DNA from: a bacterium
GTDB taxonomy: Bacteria; Patescibacteriota; Microgenomatia; UBA1406; GWC2-37-13
DNA length: 64,000 nt
Assembly: GCA_021833625.1 (NCBI GenBank)
Contig: JAKBEU010000002.1
Span: 259,332-323,331, forward strand
Direction: 5' to 3'
In this document: one piece after another, positions 35,602-44,646 of the stretch
Layout of the letters: each line of letters begins with the position of its first letter
Numbering within the stretch: position 1 is the first letter of the stretch
Translations under genes and position numbers: made by a program
The notes under the pieces: generated by a model
Seen by the model: the letters and a program-made list of their open reading frames with translations, nothing else
What the model was told of the DNA's origin: nothing
Database searches by the model: none

Positions 35602-35762
35602 TAGAAGTAAAAGAACAAAAAAAAGAGAATCGTTTTGCTTTCAAATGTCCTTCTTTAGTAGTATTATTACATACAGAACGGATTCTTTATCATCTACCCT
35701 TATTGACGGGTGAAACAAAAAAGAACTAGTAATTAATTTTTTATTTATTTATTCATACAATT

Positions 35763-38066
35763 ATGAAAGTCATTGAAAAAAGTCTTGAGCTTGGAACAGA
35801 ACAAAGTAAACGTACTTTGTCATTCCAGACAGGAAAGCTTGCAAATGCCGCAACATCGGCAGTGCTGGGGAAAATGGGCGACACAACGGTACTCGTTACT
35901 GTCGTTGCAGGAGCAGAAAGGGAAGATATTGATTATTTCCCACTTCAGGTAGAGTATGCAGAGAAGCTCTATGCCGGAGGAAGAATTAAAGGGTCACGAT
36001 GGGTAAAACGAGAAGGAAAACCGTCTGATGAGGCCATATTAAACGGGCGTCTTATCGACCGTTCCATCCGTCCGCTTTTTCCGAAGGGGTATAAAAAGAC
36101 AGTACAAATTATCATTACGTTACTGTCCGTCGACGGAATCAATTCACCGGACATCCTGTCCGCAATTACCGTTTCAGCGGCTCTTCATGCATCTTCCATT
36201 CCCTGGAAAGGACCTATTGCCACAACAAGAGTTGGAGCCATAAAAAACGGCGAACTCAGCTTTGTCGTCAATCCGACTGAAGAAGACCAAAAATTCTCGG
36301 TCCTTGACCTTGTCGTTTCCTCATCGGAAAAGAAAGTCGTCATGATCGAAACAAAAGCAGAAGAAGTAGCGGATGAGGTCATTGAGAAAGGTATTGAAGT
36401 TGCAAAGCTGGAGAATGCAAAAATCATCAAGTTTATTGAAGAATTTGCGACGGAAGTAGGAAGTACAAAAGAGACGGCAAGCGAATTTGCGGTTGATGAA
36501 AAACTGCTTCTCGTTTTGAAACAGGAATTCAAGGCAGAAATCGACAAACTTGTCGAACAGAAAGCAAAAAAGGAATTTGAAGACAAGGATGCACTTGCAG
36601 AAGTGGTCAATGCAGTCTTTGAAAAACATCCCGACGATTTTGACAAAAAACTTATCGCAAAAGGGATTGATTACGTAACAAAACAGGTAATAAGAGATAA
36701 TATCCTGAATAAAAAGAGAGTGGACGGACGCGGAATTGACGAAATCAGACCGCTTTCTTCAGAAGTTGAAATAATCCCAAGAATTCACGGATCATCTTTG
36801 TTCTCCAGAGGAGAAACACAGGTGCTCTCAATAGTCACACTTGGCGCACCAAGCCTGGAGCAGCTTATTGAAAGTCCTGAAGGAGAAGAATCAAAACGAT
36901 ATATTCACCATTATTTCATGCCTCCTTATTCGGTCGGAGAAACGGGACGATTCGGATTCCCGTCACGCCGCGAAATCGGACATGGAGCATTGGCTGAAAA
37001 AGCACTCGAACCGGTGCTTCCCGCACAGAAAGACTTCCCGTACACCATCCGAATAGTGTCGGAAGTGTTGTCGTCAAACGGATCTACCTCTCAGGCATCG
37101 GTCTGTGCATCAACACTTGCCCTTATGGATGCGGGTGTCCCGATTAAAGCTCTCGTTGCAGGAATTGCCATGGGAATCGTGTCAAAGTCTGACGATGACT
37201 ATGTTGTCCTTACCGACATCATGGGAATTGAAGATTTTTCAGGAGAAATGGACTTTAAGATTGCAGGAACCGAAGTAGGTGTTACCGCAATCCAACTTGA
37301 CGTAAAAAACATGGGGCTCACGTCTTCCATGATTCACGAAGCAGTCGTCCGTGCACATGCAGCCCGACTGAAGATTCTTGAAAACATGAAGGCGGCACTT
37401 TCGTCCCCTCGAAAAGAAATTTCCCAATATGCACCTAAGGTGGTTGTTCTTACTCCTCCTCAGGACAAAATCGGAGAAATCATCGGGCCTGGAGGAAAGA
37501 ATATCCGTGCCCTTATCGCTCAAACCGATACCGATATTAATGTTGGAGATGACGGCAGAGTGACGATAAGCGGAGTCGACAAGAAAAAAGTCGAACTCGC
37601 AGTCAGCATGATAGAGAATATGACACGCGAAATAAAAGTGGGAGAAATATTTGACGGGGAAGTAAAACGGATCACGACATTCGGCGCATTCGTCGAGTGT
37701 ATTCCCGGCAAAGACGGACTTGTCCACGTTTCCAAGATGGGACGCGGATTTGTTAAAGATCCCGCAGACGTCGTAAAGGTGGGAGAAAAAGTAAAAGTAA
37801 AGGTCATGGAAATTGACAGCATGGGTCGTATAAACTTGCAGATGTTTGGTCCAGACGGTGCTGAGCCGCAACAGACAGAAGGCAGTGCCCGACCGATGCG
37901 CTCTTCCCGACCACCATTTCGTCGACCTGACTCACGACAAGGAGGAGGGGGAGGACGATTCAACCGAAACGACAGACCAATGCGAAACGATCGCCCGATG
38001 AGAGACGACAACAGACAGCCACGAATTTCGAATGACGATGATTTCCTAAAAGACATATTGTCATAA
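35763..38066 (+). CDS. pnp: Polyribonucleotide nucleotidyltransferase (PNPase) with an Arg/Pro-rich C-terminal tail
   Basis: 767 aa with two RNase PH domains, KH (GPGGKNIRAL) and S1 (GEIFDGEVKRITTFGAFVE). A 73-aa low-complexity tail follows. Confidence 0.95.
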   Translation: MKVIEKSLELGTEQSKRTLSFQTGKLANAATSAVLGKMGDTTVLVTVVAGAEREDIDYFPLQVEYAEKLYAGGRIKGSRWVKREGKPSDEAILNGRLIDRSIRPLFPKGYKKTVQIIITLLSVDGINSPDILSAITVSAALHASSIPWKGPIATTRVGAIKNGELSFVVNPTEEDQKFSVLDLVVSSSEKKVVMIETKAEEVADEVIEKGIEVAKLENAKIIKFIEEFATEVGSTKETASEFAVDEKLLLVLKQEFKAEIDKLVEQKAKKEFEDKDALAEVVNAVFEKHPDDFDKKLIAKGIDYVTKQVIRDNILNKKRVDGRGIDEIRPLSSEVEIIPRIHGSSLFSRGETQVLSIVTLGAPSLEQLIESPEGEESKRYIHHYFMPPYSVGETGRFGFPSRREIGHGALAEKALEPVLPAQKDFPYTIRIVSEVLSSNGSTSQASVCASTLALMDAGVPIKALVAGIAMGIVSKSDDDYVVLTDIMGIEDFSGEMDFKIAGTEVGVTAIQLDVKNMGLTSSMIHEAVVRAHAARLKILENMKAALSSPRKEISQYAPKVVVLTPPQDKIGEIIGPGGKNIRALIAQTDTDINVGDDGRVTISGVDKKKVELAVSMIENMTREIKVGEIFDGEVKRITTFGAFVECIPGKDGLVHVSKMGRGFVKDPADVVKVGEKVKVKVMEIDSMGRINLQMFGPDGAEPQQTEGSARPMRSSRPPFRRPDSRQGGGGGRFNRNDRPMRNDRPMRDDNRQPRISNDDDFLKDILS
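37968..38003 (+). repeat. Tandem 18-nt coding repeat (NDRPMR x2) in the pnp tail
   Basis: The repeat units are aacgacagaccaatgcga and aacgatcgcccgatgaga. They lie in frame after a GGGGG run. Confidence 0.7.
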
Positions 38067-38082
38067 AGAGAGCGAAGCGCGG

Positions 38083-38112
38083 TTGACGGGAGAGGTTCGA
38101 ATGTACTAGAAT
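38083..38112 (+). promoter_or_regulatory. Sigma70-like promoter of ftsK (TTGACG-18-TAGAAT), ending 8 nt before the ATG
   Basis: TTGACG at 38083-38088, TAGAAT at 38107-38112 and the ATG at 38121. Confidence 0.5.
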
Positions 38113-38120
38113 TAGCTGAT

Positions 38121-40325
38121 ATGGCACGAAAAAAAAGTATCATTCGCATCCCGTTTCTCAAGATGAAAGTGAATTCACGAACCGTATTCATTCTCATGGG
38201 GTTAATCGTTCTTTTGACTGGACTGTTGCTTCTCCTTTCGCTCCTTCCCGTGGGGGCTGTTGCTGATGGAAAGTTTCTGTCACTGGTACGCAATTTTCTG
38301 ACGGATAATTTCGGTATCGTATCTTTTTTTATTCCCGTCCTTCTCATCCTGCTCTCCGTCCATCTTATTGCACAGCGAAAAAAGGAGATTGTCCGTACTA
38401 CTCTGACCGTTGGCCTTTTTTTTCTTTTCCTGTCAATCGGAGGATTGACGCAATCCGGAGCACTGGGACAAGCATTCTATTCATTTCTTAAGGACAATAT
38501 TTCCGCGATTGGTGCAATGCTCTTTTTCCTGACTATTTTTTCAATAGGAATCGTCCTGTTTTTTGACACATCATTTGACTGGGTATTTGGCATGATAAAA
38601 AAAGGTGTCGTGTGGCTCTTTGATGCAACAAAAAAGACCCTTGACCCGGCACTTCACAAGGCAAAACCGACGGAGGATGCTGATAGGTATATCAGGGACA
38701 GGAAAGCGAACATTGACGAAAAAAAACAGAAAGAGGGAGCGGCAAAATTGCCTTTTATGGATCAGACTGAAAGTCCGAAGCCCGCGCAAAGCGAAAAAGA
38801 GACAAGTCGCCCCATTGCCAATTCGGACATTTTTATTAAACCGCTTACTACATCAGGTTCTACGTGGATTTTTCCTCCTCTTAATTTATTAACAAATGTA
38901 AAACAGGCTGAGGCAGACCGAGGAGATGTGAATTATATTGCCAGTACCATTGAAAAGACCCTTGACAGTTTCGGAATCAAGGCACACGTTGCAGAACACA
39001 ATAAAGGTCCCGCTGTCACCCAGTATTGTATCGAAATTGAACGCGGGACACGCCTTTCCCGTATTACTGCACTCGCAAATGATTTAGCTCTTGCCATAGC
39101 GGCGCCAACAGGTCAGGTTCGTATTGAAGCTCCCATTCCGGGCCGTTCACTGGTCGGCATTGAAATCCCGAATATCCGCTCACAGATAGTTACGCTCAAA
39201 AGCCTTCTTGAAAGCGACGTCTTCACAAAAAGTAATGATCCGTTATTGGTGCCCTTAGGACTTGATGTTTCAGGTCAACCGCAGGCTGCCAGTATCGGAA
39301 AAATGCCTCACTGTCTTATTGCAGGAACAACAGGCTCTGGAAAGTCGGTTATCGTGAATGCATGGATAAGTACCTTTTTGTTCCGCACGCGTCCTGAAGA
39401 TTTACGGCTTATCCTTGTTGATCCGAAACGTGTGGAAATGGCAGCGTATAACAATCTGCCCCATCTTCTGACGCCGGTTATTAACGAACCTGAAGTAACT
39501 CTTAGCGCACTCCGTTGGACGGTGAACGAAATGCAGACCCGCTACAAGTTGTTTGCGGCAGTGCATGCCAAGAATATCGAAAGCTATAATATGATTCCGG
39601 GTGTCGAAAAAAAACCGTATATTGTATTTATTATCGACGAACTTGCCGATTTGATGATGTTTGCGGCAAATGACGTTGAAACGCTTATTACCCGTATTGC
39701 TCAGCTTGCACGCGCGACGGGCATTCACCTGGTGCTTGCAACCCAGAGGCCCTCCGTTGACATTATCACGGGTCTTATGAAGGCAAATATCCCGGCAAGG
39801 CTTGCCTTTAACGTGTCTTCCATGATTGATTCACGCGTCATCATTGACACTCCCGGCGCCGAGAAGCTGCTTGGAAAAGGAGATATGTTGTTCCTTCCTC
39901 CCGATCAGGCAAAACCGCGCCGTATCCAAGGACCGTTCATTACGGAAAAAGAGGTTATTGAACTGACAAAATTTATCCGCGCCCAGTCTCCTGAGGTGCA
40001 TTATACGGAAGAGATTATGGAGACCGATCCGGGCATAACCACGGGCGGCGTCTCAACAGGAATAAGCGGAGGCGCACAGGGGAAAGACCCGCTTTTCAAT
40101 CAGGCATTTGAAGTCATTATGCAGTCGGGCAAAGCCTCGACCTCATTTCTGCAGCGCAAGCTTAAAATAGGCTATTCACGGGCAGCAGGCATCATTGATG
40201 AAATGGAAGCGGCGGGATATATCGGAGCCGCAACGGGAAGTGGGAAACCACGCGAAATCCTGAGACGACAGTTGAACAGTGAAGTAACTACAGGCGCGGA
40301 TGAAACTGCCGGAATGCCTTTATAA
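38121..40325 (+). CDS. ftsK: DNA translocase FtsK/SpoIIIE
   Basis: 734 aa with N-terminal TM helices, a linker, a motor domain with Walker A GTTGSGKS, and a C-terminal gamma winged helix (SFLQRKLKIGYSRAAGIIDEME). Confidence 0.9.
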   Translation: MARKKSIIRIPFLKMKVNSRTVFILMGLIVLLTGLLLLLSLLPVGAVADGKFLSLVRNFLTDNFGIVSFFIPVLLILLSVHLIAQRKKEIVRTTLTVGLFFLFLSIGGLTQSGALGQAFYSFLKDNISAIGAMLFFLTIFSIGIVLFFDTSFDWVFGMIKKGVVWLFDATKKTLDPALHKAKPTEDADRYIRDRKANIDEKKQKEGAAKLPFMDQTESPKPAQSEKETSRPIANSDIFIKPLTTSGSTWIFPPLNLLTNVKQAEADRGDVNYIASTIEKTLDSFGIKAHVAEHNKGPAVTQYCIEIERGTRLSRITALANDLALAIAAPTGQVRIEAPIPGRSLVGIEIPNIRSQIVTLKSLLESDVFTKSNDPLLVPLGLDVSGQPQAASIGKMPHCLIAGTTGSGKSVIVNAWISTFLFRTRPEDLRLILVDPKRVEMAAYNNLPHLLTPVINEPEVTLSALRWTVNEMQTRYKLFAAVHAKNIESYNMIPGVEKKPYIVFIIDELADLMMFAANDVETLITRIAQLARATGIHLVLATQRPSVDIITGLMKANIPARLAFNVSSMIDSRVIIDTPGAEKLLGKGDMLFLPPDQAKPRRIQGPFITEKEVIELTKFIRAQSPEVHYTEEIMETDPGITTGGVSTGISGGAQGKDPLFNQAFEVIMQSGKASTSFLQRKLKIGYSRAAGIIDEMEAAGYIGAATGSGKPREILRRQLNSEVTTGADETAGMPL

Positions 40326-40347
40326 CAGCGGGATTAACTATTTCTTC

Positions 40348-41313
40348 TTACACCCCGTCGATGTATTTCTTTATGTTTGCATTGTGCTCCTCAAGCGTTT
40401 TTGCGGGATGTACTTTCCCAGTCTTATCGGAAACGTAATAGAAATACGGCGTGTTCATATCAGCAGCAAATGCTGCCCTTATTGAGTCAAGGCTCGGGCT
40501 GCAAATAGGTGCCGGAGGTAATCCTGCGTGTGTATACGTGTTGTAAGTCGAGTCAACCTTCAAATCCTCCGTTGTCAGGTCTCTCTTCCACCACGTCTTT
40601 TCGTTTCTCTGGTAGCCGAGAGCGTATTGTACCGTTGCATCAAGCTGAAGCGGCCAATCATTCTCCGCTCTTTTCAGGATAATGCTGCCGATAAGCCTGC
40701 GGTCATCCGAAAACTTTGCCTCTCGCTCGATGAGGGACGCAAGAATAAGGACGTCGCGGTCACTTCGTTTTACGAACGGATACTGAGCTCGGGCCTGCGC
40801 AAATTTCTTCTGGAACGTCGATTCAAAGAGTTTATTTATTGTCGTGAGCGTTGCACTTTTAGGGATAAGATAGGTATCGGGAAAAAGCCTTCCTTCTTTT
40901 GACTGTTCGATAAAACTTATCTGGTTTACCGCAAACTGTTCGGAGAGCTGTTGGGCCACTTCCTCTTTGCGCAGTCCCTCAACGACCGTTATCCATTCAT
41001 CAACCGTTCCGTGGGTGAGCGCTTGTGCGATCTCTTCCGCGGTCATTTTTTTTGACAGCCGGAAATCACCTGCTTGAATTTTTTTCTCTATTCCCATTTT
41101 TTTTGCGAGGAACAGGAAAACGAGTCTGTTGCGGATAAGCTGCTCGGTGGAAAGCCGTTTTGTTATGGAATACAGGCCTTCTCCTTTATTTATTACAAAG
41201 ACAACGGTTCCTTGATTTGTTTTGTCAACGGCGAGGGATCCTTCCTGAAAGACAAAATAAGAAATAAGACCGAAAAGTAATAGGATTAAAACGAAAATCC
41301 GCACTTTTTTCAT
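40348..41313 (-). CDS. mltG: Endolytic murein transglycosylase MltG (YceG-like)
   Basis: 321 aa with an N-terminal TM and a YceG core (LASLIEREA ... YNTY ... GLPPAPICSPS). Confidence 0.85.
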   Translation of the reverse strand: MKKVRIFVLILLLFGLISYFVFQEGSLAVDKTNQGTVVFVINKGEGLYSITKRLSTEQLIRNRLVFLFLAKKMGIEKKIQAGDFRLSKKMTAEEIAQALTHGTVDEWITVVEGLRKEEVAQQLSEQFAVNQISFIEQSKEGRLFPDTYLIPKSATLTTINKLFESTFQKKFAQARAQYPFVKRSDRDVLILASLIEREAKFSDDRRLIGSIILKRAENDWPLQLDATVQYALGYQRNEKTWWKRDLTTEDLKVDSTYNTYTHAGLPPAPICSPSLDSIRAAFAADMNTPYFYYVSDKTGKVHPAKTLEEHNANIKKYIDGV

Positions 41314-42593
41314 AGGGGTTCTGAAAATTTGTGAATGGGAAACGACTTTAGAGAATGTTCTGCCTCCTCAATGAGATAGGGGCTATTGGAATAAAATGCC
41401 AGAAGAGGTTCGTTCAGTTGCACTTTGTCTCCGATTTTTTTATAGAGATACACACCTGCAAATTTATCCTTCGGTGCTCCCAGCATTTTTGCAATGCTGT
41501 TGAGATTGAAATTATTTATTTCTTTTATGGTGCCCGATCTTGTGCTATTTATCAGATATTTTTTTGCATTTATTTTAAACGTTTTTGAAGAGAGAGCACT
41601 TGATCCCCCTTGTGCTTTTACGATTTCTTTGAATTTGGAAAGGGCAGCTCCCGACTGGAGAAGCGCGAGCGCCTCTTTTTTTCCGTCTTTATCGCTTCTG
41701 GCATCTTTATAGCACAGGGAAAGCAATCCTCCCGCAAGTTCAAGGGCACGCTTCTCAAGAGCAAGTGGTCTATCCTCGGTCTGTTCAAGTACCTTGAGGA
41801 CGTCGGCAATTTCAAGCGCCGGACCGACACCGTTTCCTGCAGGCTCATGGGTTTTTGTGATGATTCCTTCCACTTTCATTCCGAACTTCCCTCCAAGCTG
41901 TTGGAACTTTTTCAATATTTTTTGTGCATCAGCTTCGTGTCGTATTTTCATTGTTTTGCCGACCGGGATGTCAAGCATCAGGTGTGTTGTTGACGCTGCA
42001 ATTTTCTTTGCCATGATGGAGACGATTATTTTGTCGAAAGATTCAAACGATAACGGTTCTTCAACGCGGATAATGACGTCATCTGCGGGAGCAATGCCGA
42101 GCTTTCCGTTCCACGAAATGCAACCGCCCGTTTTATTGACAATGTCTTCAATATCCTCAATCTTAAAGTTGACGTTTGCAATGGTTTCCATGACATCTGC
42201 CGTTCCGGCAGGGGTTGTAATGGCTCGTGAAGAAATTTTCGGGATCTTAAATCCCGCTGCTGCAATAATAGGAACGACAATCAACGTCGTTCTGGTGCCG
42301 GACACTCCACCTGTGGAATGTTTGTCGGCAACGATTCCTTTGAAGCGAAGTCTGTTCCCGGTCTCTACCATCGCCTTCGTAAACAGATATAATTCTTCGT
42401 GTGAAAAGCCTTCCTTAAACGATGCGGCAACAAAGTAAGTCGTCAGGACGTCTCCCAGTCTTCGATGTCCTATTTCGTCCATAAGCGCGGATATTTCATG
42501 ATAGGTGAGCCGTTTACCGAGCAGTTTTTTCTGGATTGTTTTTACGCTTTCCGATGTGTTGTCCTGATTAATCATAAGATGTGTTAATTTCAA
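41310..42593 (-). CDS. Thymidine/AMP phosphorylase-family glycosyltransferase
   Basis: 427 aa with the pyrimidine-nucleoside phosphorylase family core (DKHSTGGVSG ... TTPAGTADVME). The start may instead be the internal M7 at 42575. Confidence 0.8.
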   Translation of the reverse strand: MKLTHLMINQDNTSESVKTIQKKLLGKRLTYHEISALMDEIGHRRLGDVLTTYFVAASFKEGFSHEELYLFTKAMVETGNRLRFKGIVADKHSTGGVSGTRTTLIVVPIIAAAGFKIPKISSRAITTPAGTADVMETIANVNFKIEDIEDIVNKTGGCISWNGKLGIAPADDVIIRVEEPLSFESFDKIIVSIMAKKIAASTTHLMLDIPVGKTMKIRHEADAQKILKKFQQLGGKFGMKVEGIITKTHEPAGNGVGPALEIADVLKVLEQTEDRPLALEKRALELAGGLLSLCYKDARSDKDGKKEALALLQSGAALSKFKEIVKAQGGSSALSSKTFKINAKKYLINSTRSGTIKEINNFNLNSIAKMLGAPKDKFAGVYLYKKIGDKVQLNEPLLAFYSNSPYLIEEAEHSLKSFPIHKFSEPL

Positions 42594-44193
42594 TAATCTT
42601 TTTCTTGTAATCTTTCGTTTTTATCAACAGGTTTGTGATGATGTAGAGTTCAGATACACCAATAAGCCATGATACGAATAAGTATAGCAAAAAGTAAATA
42701 AGGCAACTGACGGCAAGCAGCAGCACAATGTTGATGGTACGGGTCGTATCAAGGAGCAGATTGTCAAGCAATTTTATGACGACGTAAGGGATGGGGGCCG
42801 AGACGATTGCCGCAACCGCAATCTTTGAAAGGGAGAGGATAAACGGCAATACTTTTATGGGTGTTTTTTTTCTCAGAAGTGCGAACAATATAAATACCTG
42901 TATCGTTATGGCAAGGGAGAATGAAATGCCGAGCGACCAGACGGGAAGCTTGAAAACGAGGACAAAAATAAGGCTAAAGACAGTGTTCAGCCCGACTCCG
43001 ATGATGCTGTTCACGAACGGCGTCTTGCTGTCAAGAAGTGCATAAAAACAACGGGTCAGGAAATAATATGCCGCATGAAATGGCATGGAAATCGAGAAAT
43101 AGGAAAGAAGAAATGCGGTCTGCACCGTTGCATCCCAGTCGAACTTTTCTCCTCCGAAAAACAGACGGACGAGTGGCGTACGGGCAAAGATAAAGTACAC
43201 GGAAATGGGAAGCGTCAGGAAAAAAATATTCAGAAGCGATTCGGTGATGATACGAGAAAAATCTTCATCCTTTTTCGACTCCACCATTTCGGTAAGGTAG
43301 GGCAAGGACGCCTGACCGAACGCCATGCCGATAACCGAAACAGGAAGCAGCTGCAGGTGTTGTGCAAAATAGAAAATGGTATAAGCGCCGGACCCGAGAA
43401 GCGTCGTCAGCGTCAGGTCAATAGTTGCATCAATCTGTGAGACGAGAATGGTAAGAAGACGGGGACCTATTATGGTAAAAAATTCCTTTACTCCTTCATG
43501 AAAGACAAAAATAGGACGCCAGTTGATTATTTCATCCCAAATGGCAGGAAGTTGGATAACGGCAAAAAGGGCCGCCCCGATATTTATGCCGACAATCGGT
43601 GCCGTCAGTCCGAAGCGGGAAGCGAATAAAAATGTTGCAATGATAACCGAGAGATTATAGATAATAGGAGGAATTGCGGTTGCAAGAAACAGTTTGCGGG
43701 CCTGCGCAACTCCGGTAAAGAAGTTTCCTAACACAAGAAACGGCAATTGACCTAAAAGCAGTATGCGTGAAAAATAGACGATTTCGCTTAGCTTCTCACC
43801 TGAAAATCCCGGAGTGATAAAAGGAATAAGGATGTGAAGGAACGGCAAAAGGATAAGGATAAGGACAATGAGGATGACGGAGAGGAAATTGAAGATGGAG
43901 TACGTCACTTCGCGGCGTTCCTTTTCATTCTTCTGGTATTTGATGTAAATAGGGATAAGGGAAGAGGTGAGGGCGCCCGTAATAAGCAATTCAAACACGA
44001 GGTCGGGAATGCGGAATGAGGCGAAGAAAATGTCGAGTTGATCTTTATTGAAATATCCGGCAAGCGCACGGTATCTGATGAATCCGAATATGCGGGAAAC
44101 GATGATCATGAACCCCAAAATAAGAGCTGACGAAAACATGCCACCCTGCGCACTTAAAAATAATTTTCTTGTTTGCTGAATGAGCCTATTCAT
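42568..44193 (-). CDS. murJ: Lipid II flippase MurJ (MviN)
   Basis: 541 aa with about 14 TM helices and the MurJ N-terminal pattern (SRIFGFIRYRALAGYFN ... FFASFRIPDLVFELL). Confidence 0.85.
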   Translation of the reverse strand: MNRLIQQTRKLFLSAQGGMFSSALILGFMIIVSRIFGFIRYRALAGYFNKDQLDIFFASFRIPDLVFELLITGALTSSLIPIYIKYQKNEKERREVTYSIFNFLSVILIVLILILLPFLHILIPFITPGFSGEKLSEIVYFSRILLLGQLPFLVLGNFFTGVAQARKLFLATAIPPIIYNLSVIIATFLFASRFGLTAPIVGINIGAALFAVIQLPAIWDEIINWRPIFVFHEGVKEFFTIIGPRLLTILVSQIDATIDLTLTTLLGSGAYTIFYFAQHLQLLPVSVIGMAFGQASLPYLTEMVESKKDEDFSRIITESLLNIFFLTLPISVYFIFARTPLVRLFFGGEKFDWDATVQTAFLLSYFSISMPFHAAYYFLTRCFYALLDSKTPFVNSIIGVGLNTVFSLIFVLVFKLPVWSLGISFSLAITIQVFILFALLRKKTPIKVLPFILSLSKIAVAAIVSAPIPYVVIKLLDNLLLDTTRTINIVLLLAVSCLIYFLLYLFVSWLIGVSELYIITNLLIKTKDYKKKIIEINTSYD

Positions 44194-44206
44194 AGCGATA
44201 TATCCC

Positions 44207-44247
44207 TTGACATTTTATTCAAAATGGCGTTAAATGGTTATATATGG
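44207..44247 (+). promoter_or_regulatory. mraZ promoter (TTGACA-17-TTAAAT) overlapped by three 10-bp-phased ATGG boxes
   Basis: TTGACA at 44207-44212 and TTAAAT at 44230-44235. ATGG occurs at 44224-44227, 44234-44237 and 44244-44247. The last box contains the mraZ ATG. Confidence 0.5.
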
Positions 44248-44645
44248 TTTTTTTTGGTGAATATCTAGTTTCCTTTACCGCACCGGGTCGCGTGGTGCTT
44301 CCCAAAAAAATTCGTGAACTTATAAAAGGTGACAGTTTCATTGTAACAAAAGGTTTTGACTTTTGTCTTGCAGGTTACGATAAGGAAGACTGGGAAGAAC
44401 GCTCAAAAGAGCTTCTCAAAGTCTCACTCCTTGATAAGGAGAACATTGAAAAACGAAGATTTCTTTTTTCCTCAACAATGTATTTGGACATTGATGATCA
44501 GGGCCGATTTGTCATCCCGAAATCGCTTCTTAGCTTTATCGGGATACAGGACAAAGCGCTCATCATAGGGGTGGGAGATCACTTTGAGATATGGAACCCG
44601 GAGAAATGGACGGAGTACCAAAAATTGCAGGCAAAGAACGTTTAA
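44244..44645 (+). CDS. mraZ: Transcriptional regulator MraZ
   Basis: 133 aa with two SpoVT/AbrB-like halves (PGRVVLPKKIR, DQGRFVIPKSL). Confidence 0.9.
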   Translation: MVFFGEYLVSFTAPGRVVLPKKIRELIKGDSFIVTKGFDFCLAGYDKEDWEERSKELLKVSLLDKENIEKRRFLFSSTMYLDIDDQGRFVIPKSLLSFIGIQDKALIIGVGDHFEIWNPEKWTEYQKLQAKNV

Positions 44646-44646
44646 T

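Noticed and set aside
35602-35762. An rpsO-pnp intergenic hairpin, analogous to the E. coli RNase III autoregulatory stem (AAAGAGAATCGTT at 35621-35633 pairing with AACGGATTCTTT at 35677-35688).
   Set aside because: The pairing needs a bulge, a mismatch and G:U pairs and encloses a 43-nt loop. That is too weak to call by eye. It needs folding software and comparative data.
37520-38347. A 275-aa minus-strand ORF spanning the pnp 3' end and the ftsK 5' end.
   Set aside because: It is antisense to two high-confidence genes. Its low-complexity Ser/Pro/Arg-rich translation mirrors the purine-rich coding strand. It has no promoter or start context.
41794-42438. A 214-aa plus-strand ORF inside the phosphorylase gene. 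Similar long antisense ORFs occur at 28582..29187, 31436..31966, 46200..46772, 60932..61531, 63441..63929 and 7125..7610.
   Set aside because: All lie fully inside well-supported genes on the opposite strand. Their translations are low-complexity or lack motifs. They are typical shadow ORFs.
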